A DNA stretch of 64,000 nt, taken from NCBI GenBank assembly GCA_018052455.1, contig JAGPNE010000001.1, positions 60,761 through 124,760 on the forward strand, read 5' to 3'. Source of the stretch: Candidatus Fermentithermobacillaceae bacterium (GTDB taxonomy: Bacteria; Bacillota; Sulfobacillia; Fermentithermobacillales; Fermentithermobacillaceae). Position 1 is the stretch's first letter. Each line of letters starts with the position of its first letter. The position numbers and the translations under genes were made by a program. The notes beneath the pieces are model-generated. The model saw nothing but the letters and a program-made list of their open reading frames with translations. It searched no databases and had not been told where the DNA came from. Of the stretch, positions 38,087 to 46,216 are shown piece by piece.

Positions 38087-38659
38087 ATGGACCAAGAAAG
38101 GACCAAACCACCGATTCCCAGGATTTCTACCTTAACGCCTCTAGATATACATAATAAAGAATTCTCTCGTGGTTTCCGAGGATACAACGAAGAGGAAGTT
38201 GATGAGTTTCTCGACCTCATTGTGGCTGAGTTTGAAGGACTTATACGGGAAAACGAAGAGTTGCGTGGGACTATTGGTGCTTTGGAAATGAGATTGGATC
38301 ACTACAAGGGATTGGAAGACACTCTTAAAAACGCCATCGTTCTTGCTCAGAAAGCCGCGGATCAGATTCGAGAAGCAGCGGAGAGAGAAGCAGATGCCGT
38401 TACGCAAGACGCAAGACGCCAAGCGGAAATCACATTGCGAGAAGCGGAGAGCACGCGCAAAAAGACTTACGAAGAGTTTGAAGTGCAGAGACAGAAAGTA
38501 GTAAGGTTCAAGACGGAGATGAGAGCATTTCTTCAGTCAGCGCTCCAGATGTTTGATGAGAATCTTGATTCTGTAACCGAAAGCCTTCTTGAAGGAAAGA
38601 GCCCCCCTGATAACGATGAAAAGCGGTTTTTCAATCTCAAGGACATACTTACGAATTGA
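38087..38659 (+). CDS. divIVA: DivIVA-domain cell division protein
   Basis: LTPLDIHNKEFSRGFRGYNEEEVDEFLD N-terminal DivIVA lipid-binding domain, then a coiled coil. Confidence 0.8.
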   Translation: MDQERTKPPIPRISTLTPLDIHNKEFSRGFRGYNEEEVDEFLDLIVAEFEGLIRENEELRGTIGALEMRLDHYKGLEDTLKNAIVLAQKAADQIREAAEREADAVTQDARRQAEITLREAESTRKKTYEEFEVQRQKVVRFKTEMRAFLQSALQMFDENLDSVTESLLEGKSPPDNDEKRFFNLKDILTN

Positions 38660-38675
38660 TTGGAGTTGAGACACC

Positions 38676-39356
38676 ATGCGTGTTGTGGGTATTTTGGGAG
38701 GAATGGGACCGCAGGCTACCTGTGATCTGTTCATGAAGATAATACGAAATACTCCCGCTCAGAAGGATCAAGATCACCTGAGAGTGATTATCGATTCGAA
38801 TCCAAAGATACCTGATAGAACGGCATACATTCTCAGCGGAGGGGAAGACCCTAGGCCGCTTCTTTTCGAAACAGCAAAGAATGTGGAAAGAGCAGGTGCT
38901 TCTTTTATAGCAATTCCTTGTAACACCGCTCACTATTTCCACAAGGAGATCCAAAGGCAGGTTGATATTCCTGTACTTCACATGATGGAGGAAGTGGCCA
39001 GATACCTAAATGGTAAGGCGAACAAGGCTGGTCTTTTGGCTACAACTGGGACTCTTAGGACCGGTCTGTACGCCAGGTCGTTGTCTAAAGTAGGTATTGA
39101 GACAGTTATTCCCAGCGATGAAGATCAAGACTCGGTAATGGAGGCAATCTATCTGGTCAAGGCTTCAATGCTCGAAAAAGGTAGGAAGATCATATTGGAA
39201 CAGGCAAGAAAACTCGAGGCCCGCGGCTGCGATGTAGTGATTGCAGGATGCACGGAAATCCCACTTATCTTGAAGGACGGGGATCTTGGAATCGAAGTTG
39301 TAGATGCTACAGACATACTGGCTAAAGCGTGCGTGGGATACGGTCTGAGCAAATGA
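38676..39356 (+). CDS. aspartate/glutamate racemase family protein (aspartate racemase-like)
   Basis: VGILGGMGPQAT N-terminus, CNTAHYF and GCTEIPL catalytic-cysteine blocks. 226 aa. Confidence 0.75.
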   Translation: MRVVGILGGMGPQATCDLFMKIIRNTPAQKDQDHLRVIIDSNPKIPDRTAYILSGGEDPRPLLFETAKNVERAGASFIAIPCNTAHYFHKEIQRQVDIPVLHMMEEVARYLNGKANKAGLLATTGTLRTGLYARSLSKVGIETVIPSDEDQDSVMEAIYLVKASMLEKGRKIILEQARKLEARGCDVVIAGCTEIPLILKDGDLGIEVVDATDILAKACVGYGLSK

Positions 39357-39386
39357 TGTTTTGCGCCAACAAAGGAGGGAATCCGT

Positions 39387-40991
39387 TTGAAGGCCACAGT
39401 TTTTACGAATGGGAATTTATGTACTCATAATAGCAGGCGTTCTGCTGGAGACAGCATTGCGTCTCTAGGTGGCAGGATAGTTTGGATAGGTGATTATAAA
39501 GAGTGTCTGGAGGCTTTCCCGCGCGGCATCAAACCGGAAACAAGGGATCTTTGCGGTAAGACAGTGATCCCAGGTTTCATAGACAGCCATATCCACCTGT
39601 TGGGCTTCGGGCTCAACCTGCAGGTGCTATCTCTTGTAGGTGTTACCTCGATTGATGAATTGAAAGCTAGAGTCAAGCAGAGGGCTTTCGAAACACAAGA
39701 GGGCGGGTGGCTGATAGGGAGGGGTTGGGATCAGGGTCAGTTTTCAGACAAGGAGTACCCGACTCGGTATCACCTAGACGAGGTAGCAGGGGGACGCCCG
39801 GTGTTCTTGATTAGGTCATGCGGGCACATTGCAGTGGCTTCATCGAAGGCACTTGAAATTGCTGGGATCAACAGGGATATTCAAGATCCTACAGGCGGAG
39901 TCATAGATAGAGACTCTCGTGGCGAACCTACAGGGATACTAAGGGAGTCAGCCTTAGGGCTTATTCAGTCCTGCATTCCCAAGATAGAACTTGAAGCAAT
40001 GGAGGGCGCACTTGCAAAAGCCACGCAGTATGTCCTTTCAAAGGGGATTACCTCCGTCCACACGAACGACGGGCAAGCAGGTTTCTGGGGAACCATGGAT
40101 TTATACAGAAGGGTACGGGAGAAAGGGCTTCCTTTGCGAGTATATTGGGACGTTCCTGGTGAACTTTTTGAAGAATTGTCGAACAGTTCACTGCGTACTG
40201 GAGATGGTGATGACTACTTAAGAATAGGCTCAGTAAAGCTATTTGCAGATGGGTCGCTTGGTGGAAGAACAGCGGCTTTGGAATCTAGCTATAGCGATGA
40301 TCCTGGCCAAAACGGCATTTTGGTCGTGTCTGAGGAAGACCTAAATGAGATGGTCTGGAAATCTCACTCCATTGGGATGCAGGTTGCCATACACGCTATT
40401 GGAGATAGAGCTGTGAAAGTGAGTCTTGAAGCTATTGACCATGCCCAGTCAAAGCTGCCTGAGTACGATTTACGGCACCGGATTGTCCATGCTCAGATAC
40501 TTACTCCTGACCTAATATCCGAGATGAAACGTGTCGGAGTAGTTGCCGATATTCAACCAAAGTTTCTGTCGACAGACATGCTTTGGGCTCTCGATCGGGT
40601 TGGACCGCAGAGAATGCAATGGTCCTATTCATGGCGTTCGATGCTGAAAGCAGGTATCCCGCTAGCCGGCGGTTCTGACTGTCCAGTCGAGGATCCTGAC
40701 CCCTTGTACGGGATCTACTGCGCAGTGACAAGAAAGGATATGGATGGGAATCCGCCTTCTGGCTTTTTCCCCAATGAAAGACTTGAAATAGATGAAGCTG
40801 TAGACTTATTTACCTTAGGCGGCGCCTATGGAGCGCACGAGGAAAAGAAAAAGGGTAGATTGTCGCGGGGCAATTTGTGTGATTTTGTAGTACTGTCTGA
40901 TGACATTTATTCGGTCGATCCTGACCATATCAAAGATCTACAGGTGCTGCTTACTGTAATAGGCGGAGACGTGGTGTACGAGAAGGCTTAG
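39387..40991 (+). CDS. amidohydrolase-3 family metal-dependent hydrolase (D-aminoacylase-like)
   Basis: PGFIDSHIHL metal-binding HxH, mid-protein HAIGD, C-terminal GSD block. 534 aa. Confidence 0.72.
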   Translation: MKATVFTNGNLCTHNSRRSAGDSIASLGGRIVWIGDYKECLEAFPRGIKPETRDLCGKTVIPGFIDSHIHLLGFGLNLQVLSLVGVTSIDELKARVKQRAFETQEGGWLIGRGWDQGQFSDKEYPTRYHLDEVAGGRPVFLIRSCGHIAVASSKALEIAGINRDIQDPTGGVIDRDSRGEPTGILRESALGLIQSCIPKIELEAMEGALAKATQYVLSKGITSVHTNDGQAGFWGTMDLYRRVREKGLPLRVYWDVPGELFEELSNSSLRTGDGDDYLRIGSVKLFADGSLGGRTAALESSYSDDPGQNGILVVSEEDLNEMVWKSHSIGMQVAIHAIGDRAVKVSLEAIDHAQSKLPEYDLRHRIVHAQILTPDLISEMKRVGVVADIQPKFLSTDMLWALDRVGPQRMQWSYSWRSMLKAGIPLAGGSDCPVEDPDPLYGIYCAVTRKDMDGNPPSGFFPNERLEIDEAVDLFTLGGAYGAHEEKKKGRLSRGNLCDFVVLSDDIYSVDPDHIKDLQVLLTVIGGDVVYEKA

Positions 40992-41687
40992 GCCCAAATA
41001 CAATGCGGTTATGCCTAATGATGTGAGAAAAACCCTGGTTACAGCCGAGAAAAAGAAGTCTTCAGGGAATATTTGGATGAGTTTTTCGGATTGAGGATCG
41101 AGAAGCCATAGGTCGTTATTGAATACCGTGAGGTGAAATGTTGTCCACCATTTTGGGAAGTCTGACATTGCGCCTACAGCAATGAGAAGTACGATAGCAC
41201 ACAATATGGCAGAGGACAGTTTGAGAGATTTTGCCAAGTGATTGGCGGCACATTTTCTGGGGCTCTGGTCGGGGCTTTTCTTATACAGGGATATCATGGC
41301 TCCTATTCCTATAATGATCAGAACTTCAGATACATGCTTAGCTAGAATCCCCATGCGAAACAATTCGCGAACGTCTTCAAGGTGCAATAGTTCGCGTTCT
41401 TTGAAAATTGGTGTGACTCTTCCATCTACCTCGACACCTATCTGGGGGCTTGATAGTGAGCCTGTGAAGTAGCCAAGCAGAGACTCCGCTACGGTTGCCA
41501 GGTCTTCTATGGACATTCCTACCGATTCGGGCACGCCAAGTTCTGCCCATTGAGACACGTAGAACCGCGGGTTCAGAGCTACCGACTGGATCGAAAAGAG
41601 TATGTTGAATCCGCAAAGACCCATTACCAGGGCTCCCACGGCAATTTTCCCGAGCACTTTTCTTTTCGTTTGAGAAGGTTTGTCCAT
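40938..41687 (-). CDS. integral membrane protein (resembles DUF1461/TIGR01906 family). Its 3' end overlaps the convergent amidohydrolase gene by 54 nt.
   Basis: Four predicted TM segments. No catalytic motif recognised. Confidence 0.4.
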   Translation of the reverse strand: MDKPSQTKRKVLGKIAVGALVMGLCGFNILFSIQSVALNPRFYVSQWAELGVPESVGMSIEDLATVAESLLGYFTGSLSSPQIGVEVDGRVTPIFKERELLHLEDVRELFRMGILAKHVSEVLIIIGIGAMISLYKKSPDQSPRKCAANHLAKSLKLSSAILCAIVLLIAVGAMSDFPKWWTTFHLTVFNNDLWLLDPQSEKLIQIFPEDFFFSAVTRVFLTSLGITALYLGLSLLVHHVSAYYSKQHL

Positions 41688-41901
41688 CCTGCGGCCTTTC
41701 TTTTCTACCTCTTGACCTATGCTCTGCCTGTATACAGTCTATCACGACACCTTACCGCTAAAAAGAAGGAACCGGCAACAGGCCAAGAGAAGTTTAGGCG
41801 GGCAATAAAAGGCGTATGCCTTGTACGCTTGACCTTGCGGGTTAGCCTTTGTCTTGTGTATGCTGTAATGAGACTTTACATGCGAAAGTAGGGCAGATAA
41901 A

Positions 41902-42366
41902 TTGATCTTTTTGTGTACGAGTGTGGGCATTTTGGTTCTGGACCAGTTGAGCAAATACTACATAAGGTCGAACTTTACGGTAGGAGAGTCGCTGCCAGTG
42001 ATAAATGAATGGGTCAAATTGTTATACACTGAGAATGCCGGTGCCGCTTTCGGTATACTTGAAGGTGGCAGATGGGTATTTGTATTGACTAGCAGCGTGT
42101 TCATAGTTCTCGCTGCTCTTTTGTATCCCCGAGTGCAGGCCTTTGGGTGGCCTATTATGGTTTCACTCGGATTCGTGGTCGGCGGAACCGTTGGCAACCT
42201 TATCGACAGGGTATTTCGAGGTACTGTAACAGATTTTGTCTCAGTAAAGTATTTCCCTGCAGTCTTCAATGTGGCTGATGCCGCAATAGTTGTAGGGTGT
42301 TTAGTTCTCATCATTTGTATTGTATTTTACCCGCATAGGATGGAGATACCAGGTGCAAGACAATAA
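41902..42366 (+). CDS. lspA: lipoprotein signal peptidase (signal peptidase II)
   Basis: Catalytic Asp blocks NAGAAFG and FNVADAAI (written NxGAAFG and FNVAD in most alignments). Four TM segments. TTG start. Confidence 0.85.
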   Translation: MIFLCTSVGILVLDQLSKYYIRSNFTVGESLPVINEWVKLLYTENAGAAFGILEGGRWVFVLTSSVFIVLAALLYPRVQAFGWPIMVSLGFVVGGTVGNLIDRVFRGTVTDFVSVKYFPAVFNVADAAIVVGCLVLIICIVFYPHRMEIPGARQ

Positions 42367-43378
42367 GGTTTCAGAATTGGAGACGGGCGAGAGGGTAATC
42401 AGTTTTTCTGTTTCGGAAGAACAAGCGTCCGAAAGAGTCGATTCGTTCATTGCAAAGGCGACCGGAGGCGATACTTCCAGGTCAAGGGCACAGGCTCTTA
42501 TAGAAGAGGGGAGAGTTACTGTTAACGGGAAGATTGCATCCAAATCTTCGCTTAAGGTGAAGCCCGGCGACTTAATTGTAGTGAGCATACCTCCTCGTGC
42601 CAGTACCGAGGTCAAAGGTGAAGAAATTCCAATAGATATCGTCTACGAGGACAAAGACGTGATTGTAGTCAACAAACCCAGGGGCATGGTTGTGCACCCT
42701 GCCGCCGGACACTGGGAAGGAACTCTTGTCAACGCTATTTTAGGCTATTGCCCACAAGTCGGAAGTATGGGGGTAGAGAATCGTCCTGGAATAGTCCACA
42801 GACTTGATAAAGATACTACGGGACTCCTAATCGTAGCGAAGAACGAACGAACCCTCAAAGCGCTGCAAAACCAAATGAAGGCTCGTGTAGTCAGACGTGA
42901 GTACATCGCCTTGTGCCAAGGATTTTTTGGTGAAGATAGGGGAACTGTCAATGCACCTATAGGCCGGCATCCTGCGGATCGCAAACGCATGGCTGTTATT
43001 AAGCCCACCCCCTCCGAGAATAACTCGACAAAAAAAGCGCGGGAAGCCCTCACCGACTGGCTGGTGCTTACCAGGTTTGGTTGCGATTATTCCCTCGTTA
43101 AGGCCAGTTTGCATACTGGTAGAACTCACCAAATTAGGGTACACATGGCATATATTGGTCATCCTATTTTGGGTGATCCAGTTTATGGAGGCAAGGCCAG
43201 AATCGCAGGACTTCAGGGGCAGGCTTTGCATGCCTTCAAGCTTGGAGTGTTCCTCGGCGATAACTACGACGAATACCACGAGTTCTTTGGACCGCTGCCT
43301 GACGATTTTGCTCAGATCTTGTTGAGACTTGAAGATGAATACGGGGAGGAGATACCTTCATGGCTGAAAACGAACTGA
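42320..43378 (+). CDS. rluD: RluA-family 23S rRNA pseudouridine synthase (RluD-like) with N-terminal S4 domain
   Basis: S4 domain (RVDSF...GRVTVNGK). Catalytic HRLDKDTTGLLIVAKN. The start may be at an internal GTG because the ORF overlaps lspA by 47 nt. Confidence 0.85.
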   Translation: MYFTRIGWRYQVQDNKVSELETGERVISFSVSEEQASERVDSFIAKATGGDTSRSRAQALIEEGRVTVNGKIASKSSLKVKPGDLIVVSIPPRASTEVKGEEIPIDIVYEDKDVIVVNKPRGMVVHPAAGHWEGTLVNAILGYCPQVGSMGVENRPGIVHRLDKDTTGLLIVAKNERTLKALQNQMKARVVRREYIALCQGFFGEDRGTVNAPIGRHPADRKRMAVIKPTPSENNSTKKAREALTDWLVLTRFGCDYSLVKASLHTGRTHQIRVHMAYIGHPILGDPVYGGKARIAGLQGQALHAFKLGVFLGDNYDEYHEFFGPLPDDFAQILLRLEDEYGEEIPSWLKTN

Positions 43379-44034
43379 AAAGAGAAGAAATGTCGGAAAG
43401 AGTTGCAGAGATACTTATAGACATCGAAGCTGTTGGGGCTAGGCCCGAGGAACCTTTTACACTGACGTCAGGCACAAAAAGCCCGGTGTATATAGACTGT
43501 CGCAGGCTGATCTCCTTTGTGCCAGAAAGGGAGGAGGCAATAGGTTTTCTCCAACAGCTAATAAAAGACATGGTAACCGAACCAATAAATGCCATCGCGG
43601 GCGGGGAGACTGCAGGGATCCCTTATGCAGCGTTCTTAAGCTGGAAAATGAGGCTGCCAATGCTATACGTGCGGAAGAAACCAAAGGGCTTTGGGAAAAA
43701 CGCCATGGTAGAGGGGAATCCAGTGTCTGGCGATACGGTTGTATTGGTCGAGGACTTAATATTTGACGGCGGAAGCAAGGTTAACTTCATAGAAGGACTA
43801 AGGACAGCAGGATTGCGCGTAAATCACGTGTTTACTGTCGCCTCGTACGCGCTTTACGAGGAGTATGAAAAGACGTTAGGATCAATAGATGTAGATGTGG
43901 CCTGGCTAACAGATTGGCCAACAATCGTTGACGTAGCAGAAAAGAAAGGAGTTTTCTCTTCCGATACTGCGGCTGTGGTCCGGGAGTTTCTCTCCGATCC
44001 TCATAAGTGGTCAAGGGCAAGGGGCGGCAAATGA
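43360..44034 (+). CDS. orotate phosphoribosyltransferase-like type I PRTase
   Basis: FTLTSGTKSPVYIDCRRL (PyrE-type block) and PRPP-binding VVLVEDLIFDGGS. 224 aa. Confidence 0.6.
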   Translation: MAENELKREEMSERVAEILIDIEAVGARPEEPFTLTSGTKSPVYIDCRRLISFVPEREEAIGFLQQLIKDMVTEPINAIAGGETAGIPYAAFLSWKMRLPMLYVRKKPKGFGKNAMVEGNPVSGDTVVLVEDLIFDGGSKVNFIEGLRTAGLRVNHVFTVASYALYEEYEKTLGSIDVDVAWLTDWPTIVDVAEKKGVFSSDTAAVVREFLSDPHKWSRARGGK

Positions 44035-44231
44035 CAATGACGCGTCAATAATGTTGGCTAACATAATGTATATTATAGGACGTAGAGATACTAAAACCAA
44101 GAATGCAGTGCTCCTTTTCCTGCTCATTGCTCGCTGCCCAAAGAAAGAAGGAATTGGCTTTGCAGTTGTAGAACTGACTTTGCAGCACTACGGGTTTTAG
44201 ACGGTTCTCCACGAAGGGAGGTTTAGAACTT

Positions 44232-45461
44232 TTGATGTATGATAAGATGAAACATGCAAATGGATTTGGCAGAACTTCTACCAGGATATCTAGATTCATC
44301 CTCCACTTCGCCATCGTGTCTATAATATGCGTAAGCGTATGTTTTGGGTCTGGATGCCAAGAAGGGACTCCGGTTTTGTCTGATGCTGAGATCGCTGCGA
44401 AGACCGACGATGTTCTAAAGAGGATAGTCGAAGAAGCCGGCCTTTCCTATAGAGAGTGCGTATTTGACGTAGAGGTCACAGATATAAGAAGAGGCAAGAT
44501 TACCTTAACTGGCGAGACTAGCGAGGAACGGCTAAAGGACGAGTTGTTCGTTAGGATAGCTGAAGAAGTGTCTTACCAGGTCGTAGATGAAATCAAGCTA
44601 CTTCCTGATCCGGAACTTGGCGATAAGGTCTGGGCCCTTGTGGGCAAACCCGTCATAAACTTGGGAGCTGTTCCGGGCAAGAAAGATTACGAAAACGTAG
44701 TTACGCAGGCACGAATCGGGGATGTTCTCAGGGTACTTAAGACTGAAGATGAATGGTATCTTGTTCAAATGGAAGACCATTATTTAGGCTGGGCACATCC
44801 TGACGACATTTTCTTATGCGACAAGGATTATCTTGACGAATTCTGGGCCAAAGACGTTGCGTTGATTGCTGTCAAAATGGCCGAGTGTCTTGATTCCCCT
44901 GGTGGCGAACCTGTCTTTGAGAAACGGCTGGTGCATGGTTCCATTCTCCCCATTGAATCTGTAACGGGAGAATGGGCAAAACTTGTGCTTCCCGGCGGAG
45001 GAACTATCTGTACAAGAACAGTGAATATGCTGCGTTACAAGACTCGAGAAGATGCATTCGCCAGGCAATCTGGAGCAACTGGAGTCATTGCTACAGCAAA
45101 GCAGTACCTTGGTTTTCCTTATCTTTGGGGTGGTTGCACTTCCTATGGGTTCGACTGTTCTGGTTTTGCCCAGTTCTGTATGAAGATGAATGGTTATCAG
45201 ATAAGAAGGGATGCTGATCTACAGTTTAAGCAGGGTGAACCCGTGCTTACTATAGCCCAACTCAAGCCAGGTGATCTGGTTTTCTTTCAGACAGACAGCT
45301 CCGGTCCATCCCATGTCGGAATCTATATTGGCGACTATCGGTTTATACACTCTACGGGTTCTGCCGGAGTTATGATAAACAGCTTCAAATCCTCGAATGT
45401 CGAAGAGTATTCTAGCTCACTTACTATGCAGTTTTGTGGAGGTCGCAGGATTATCAAATAA
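44232..45461 (+). CDS. NlpC/P60-family peptidoglycan endopeptidase with N-terminal SH3-like domains and a lipoprotein-type signal peptide
   Basis: Catalytic block GFDCSGFAQFCM, the His-containing block PSHVGIYIGD and the C-terminal FIHS. Signal-peptide region ending FGSGC. Confidence 0.75.
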   Translation: MMYDKMKHANGFGRTSTRISRFILHFAIVSIICVSVCFGSGCQEGTPVLSDAEIAAKTDDVLKRIVEEAGLSYRECVFDVEVTDIRRGKITLTGETSEERLKDELFVRIAEEVSYQVVDEIKLLPDPELGDKVWALVGKPVINLGAVPGKKDYENVVTQARIGDVLRVLKTEDEWYLVQMEDHYLGWAHPDDIFLCDKDYLDEFWAKDVALIAVKMAECLDSPGGEPVFEKRLVHGSILPIESVTGEWAKLVLPGGGTICTRTVNMLRYKTREDAFARQSGATGVIATAKQYLGFPYLWGGCTSYGFDCSGFAQFCMKMNGYQIRRDADLQFKQGEPVLTIAQLKPGDLVFFQTDSSGPSHVGIYIGDYRFIHSTGSAGVMINSFKSSNVEEYSSSLTMQFCGGRRIIK

Positions 45462-45490
45462 GAACGGTTCTGTGAGTATCATGAGATAAA

Positions 45491-45519
45491 GGCAAACACA
45501 AGTTTGCTTTTATTTTTGT
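45491..45519 (+). terminator. AT-rich hairpin (GCAAAC-ACAA-GTTTGC) plus T tract after the NlpC/P60 gene. May instead be an operator.
   Basis: 6 to 9 bp stem, 4-nt loop, followed by TTTTATTTTTG. Confidence 0.4.
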
Positions 45520-45591
45520 TTGATGGTAGACTCTTCCCAAGAAGGTGTCGGTGTCAATTAGAATGGACTTTATTGATTAGGAGAGGTAGAT

Positions 45592-46203
45592 ATGGAAGAA
45601 CTTACCTTTCAGCAAGCCCGGGTTCTGGAGGTCATCTGTGAGTATATAAGAGAAAAGGGCTATCCCCCGTCTGTCAGGGAGCTCGGTGAGCGCCTGGGAC
45701 TAAAATCTACCGCTACGGTTCATAGCCATCTAAGAACTCTTGAGCGCAAAGGATATCTCGAAAGAACTGCTCAGAAGTCACGTGCGTTCAACGTCGTAGA
45801 AGGAATTGAAGATGACTCTTACCCGCAGTCTGTTATGGTCCCTATAGTAGGTACAGTTCGGGCGGGTGTCCCCATTCTTGCAGTAGAGAATATTGACGAG
45901 TTTGTGCCTCTTCCTCGTTCACTTCTTAACAATGAAAACGTATTCATGTTGAGGGTGCAGGGGGACAGCATGATAGGAGCTGGGATCTTTGACGGAGACT
46001 TGGTGTTGGTGAAGCAACAAGAATCAGCTGAAAACGGTGACATTGTGGTAGCGCTTTTGGATGACGAAGCAACAGTAAAGACTTTTTATAAAGATGAAGA
46101 TAGCATTACGCTCCGGCCAGAGAATCCTGATTACGAGCCAATCGTATCCGGCAATGTACATATACTTGGCAAAGTTGTGGGGCTTTATAGGTCTTTTCAT
46201 TAG
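45592..46203 (+). CDS. lexA: SOS repressor LexA
   Basis: N-terminal wHTH (YPPSVRELGERLGLKSTATVHSHL). Autocleavage site AG (VRAGVP). S24 peptidase block Ser and Lys (GDSM...LVLVKQ). Confidence 0.92.
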   Translation: MEELTFQQARVLEVICEYIREKGYPPSVRELGERLGLKSTATVHSHLRTLERKGYLERTAQKSRAFNVVEGIEDDSYPQSVMVPIVGTVRAGVPILAVENIDEFVPLPRSLLNNENVFMLRVQGDSMIGAGIFDGDLVLVKQQESAENGDIVVALLDDEATVKTFYKDEDSITLRPENPDYEPIVSGNVHILGKVVGLYRSFH

Positions 46204-46216
46204 TGGATCTACAAGC

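Noticed and set aside
44035-44231. c-di-AMP (ydaO-type) riboswitch upstream of the NlpC/P60 hydrolase gene
   Set aside because: The genomic context (cell-wall hydrolase) is typical for ydaO elements. However, the 197-bp gap is short, and I could not recognise the pseudo-symmetric conserved core from sequence. Not supportable without an Rfam scan.
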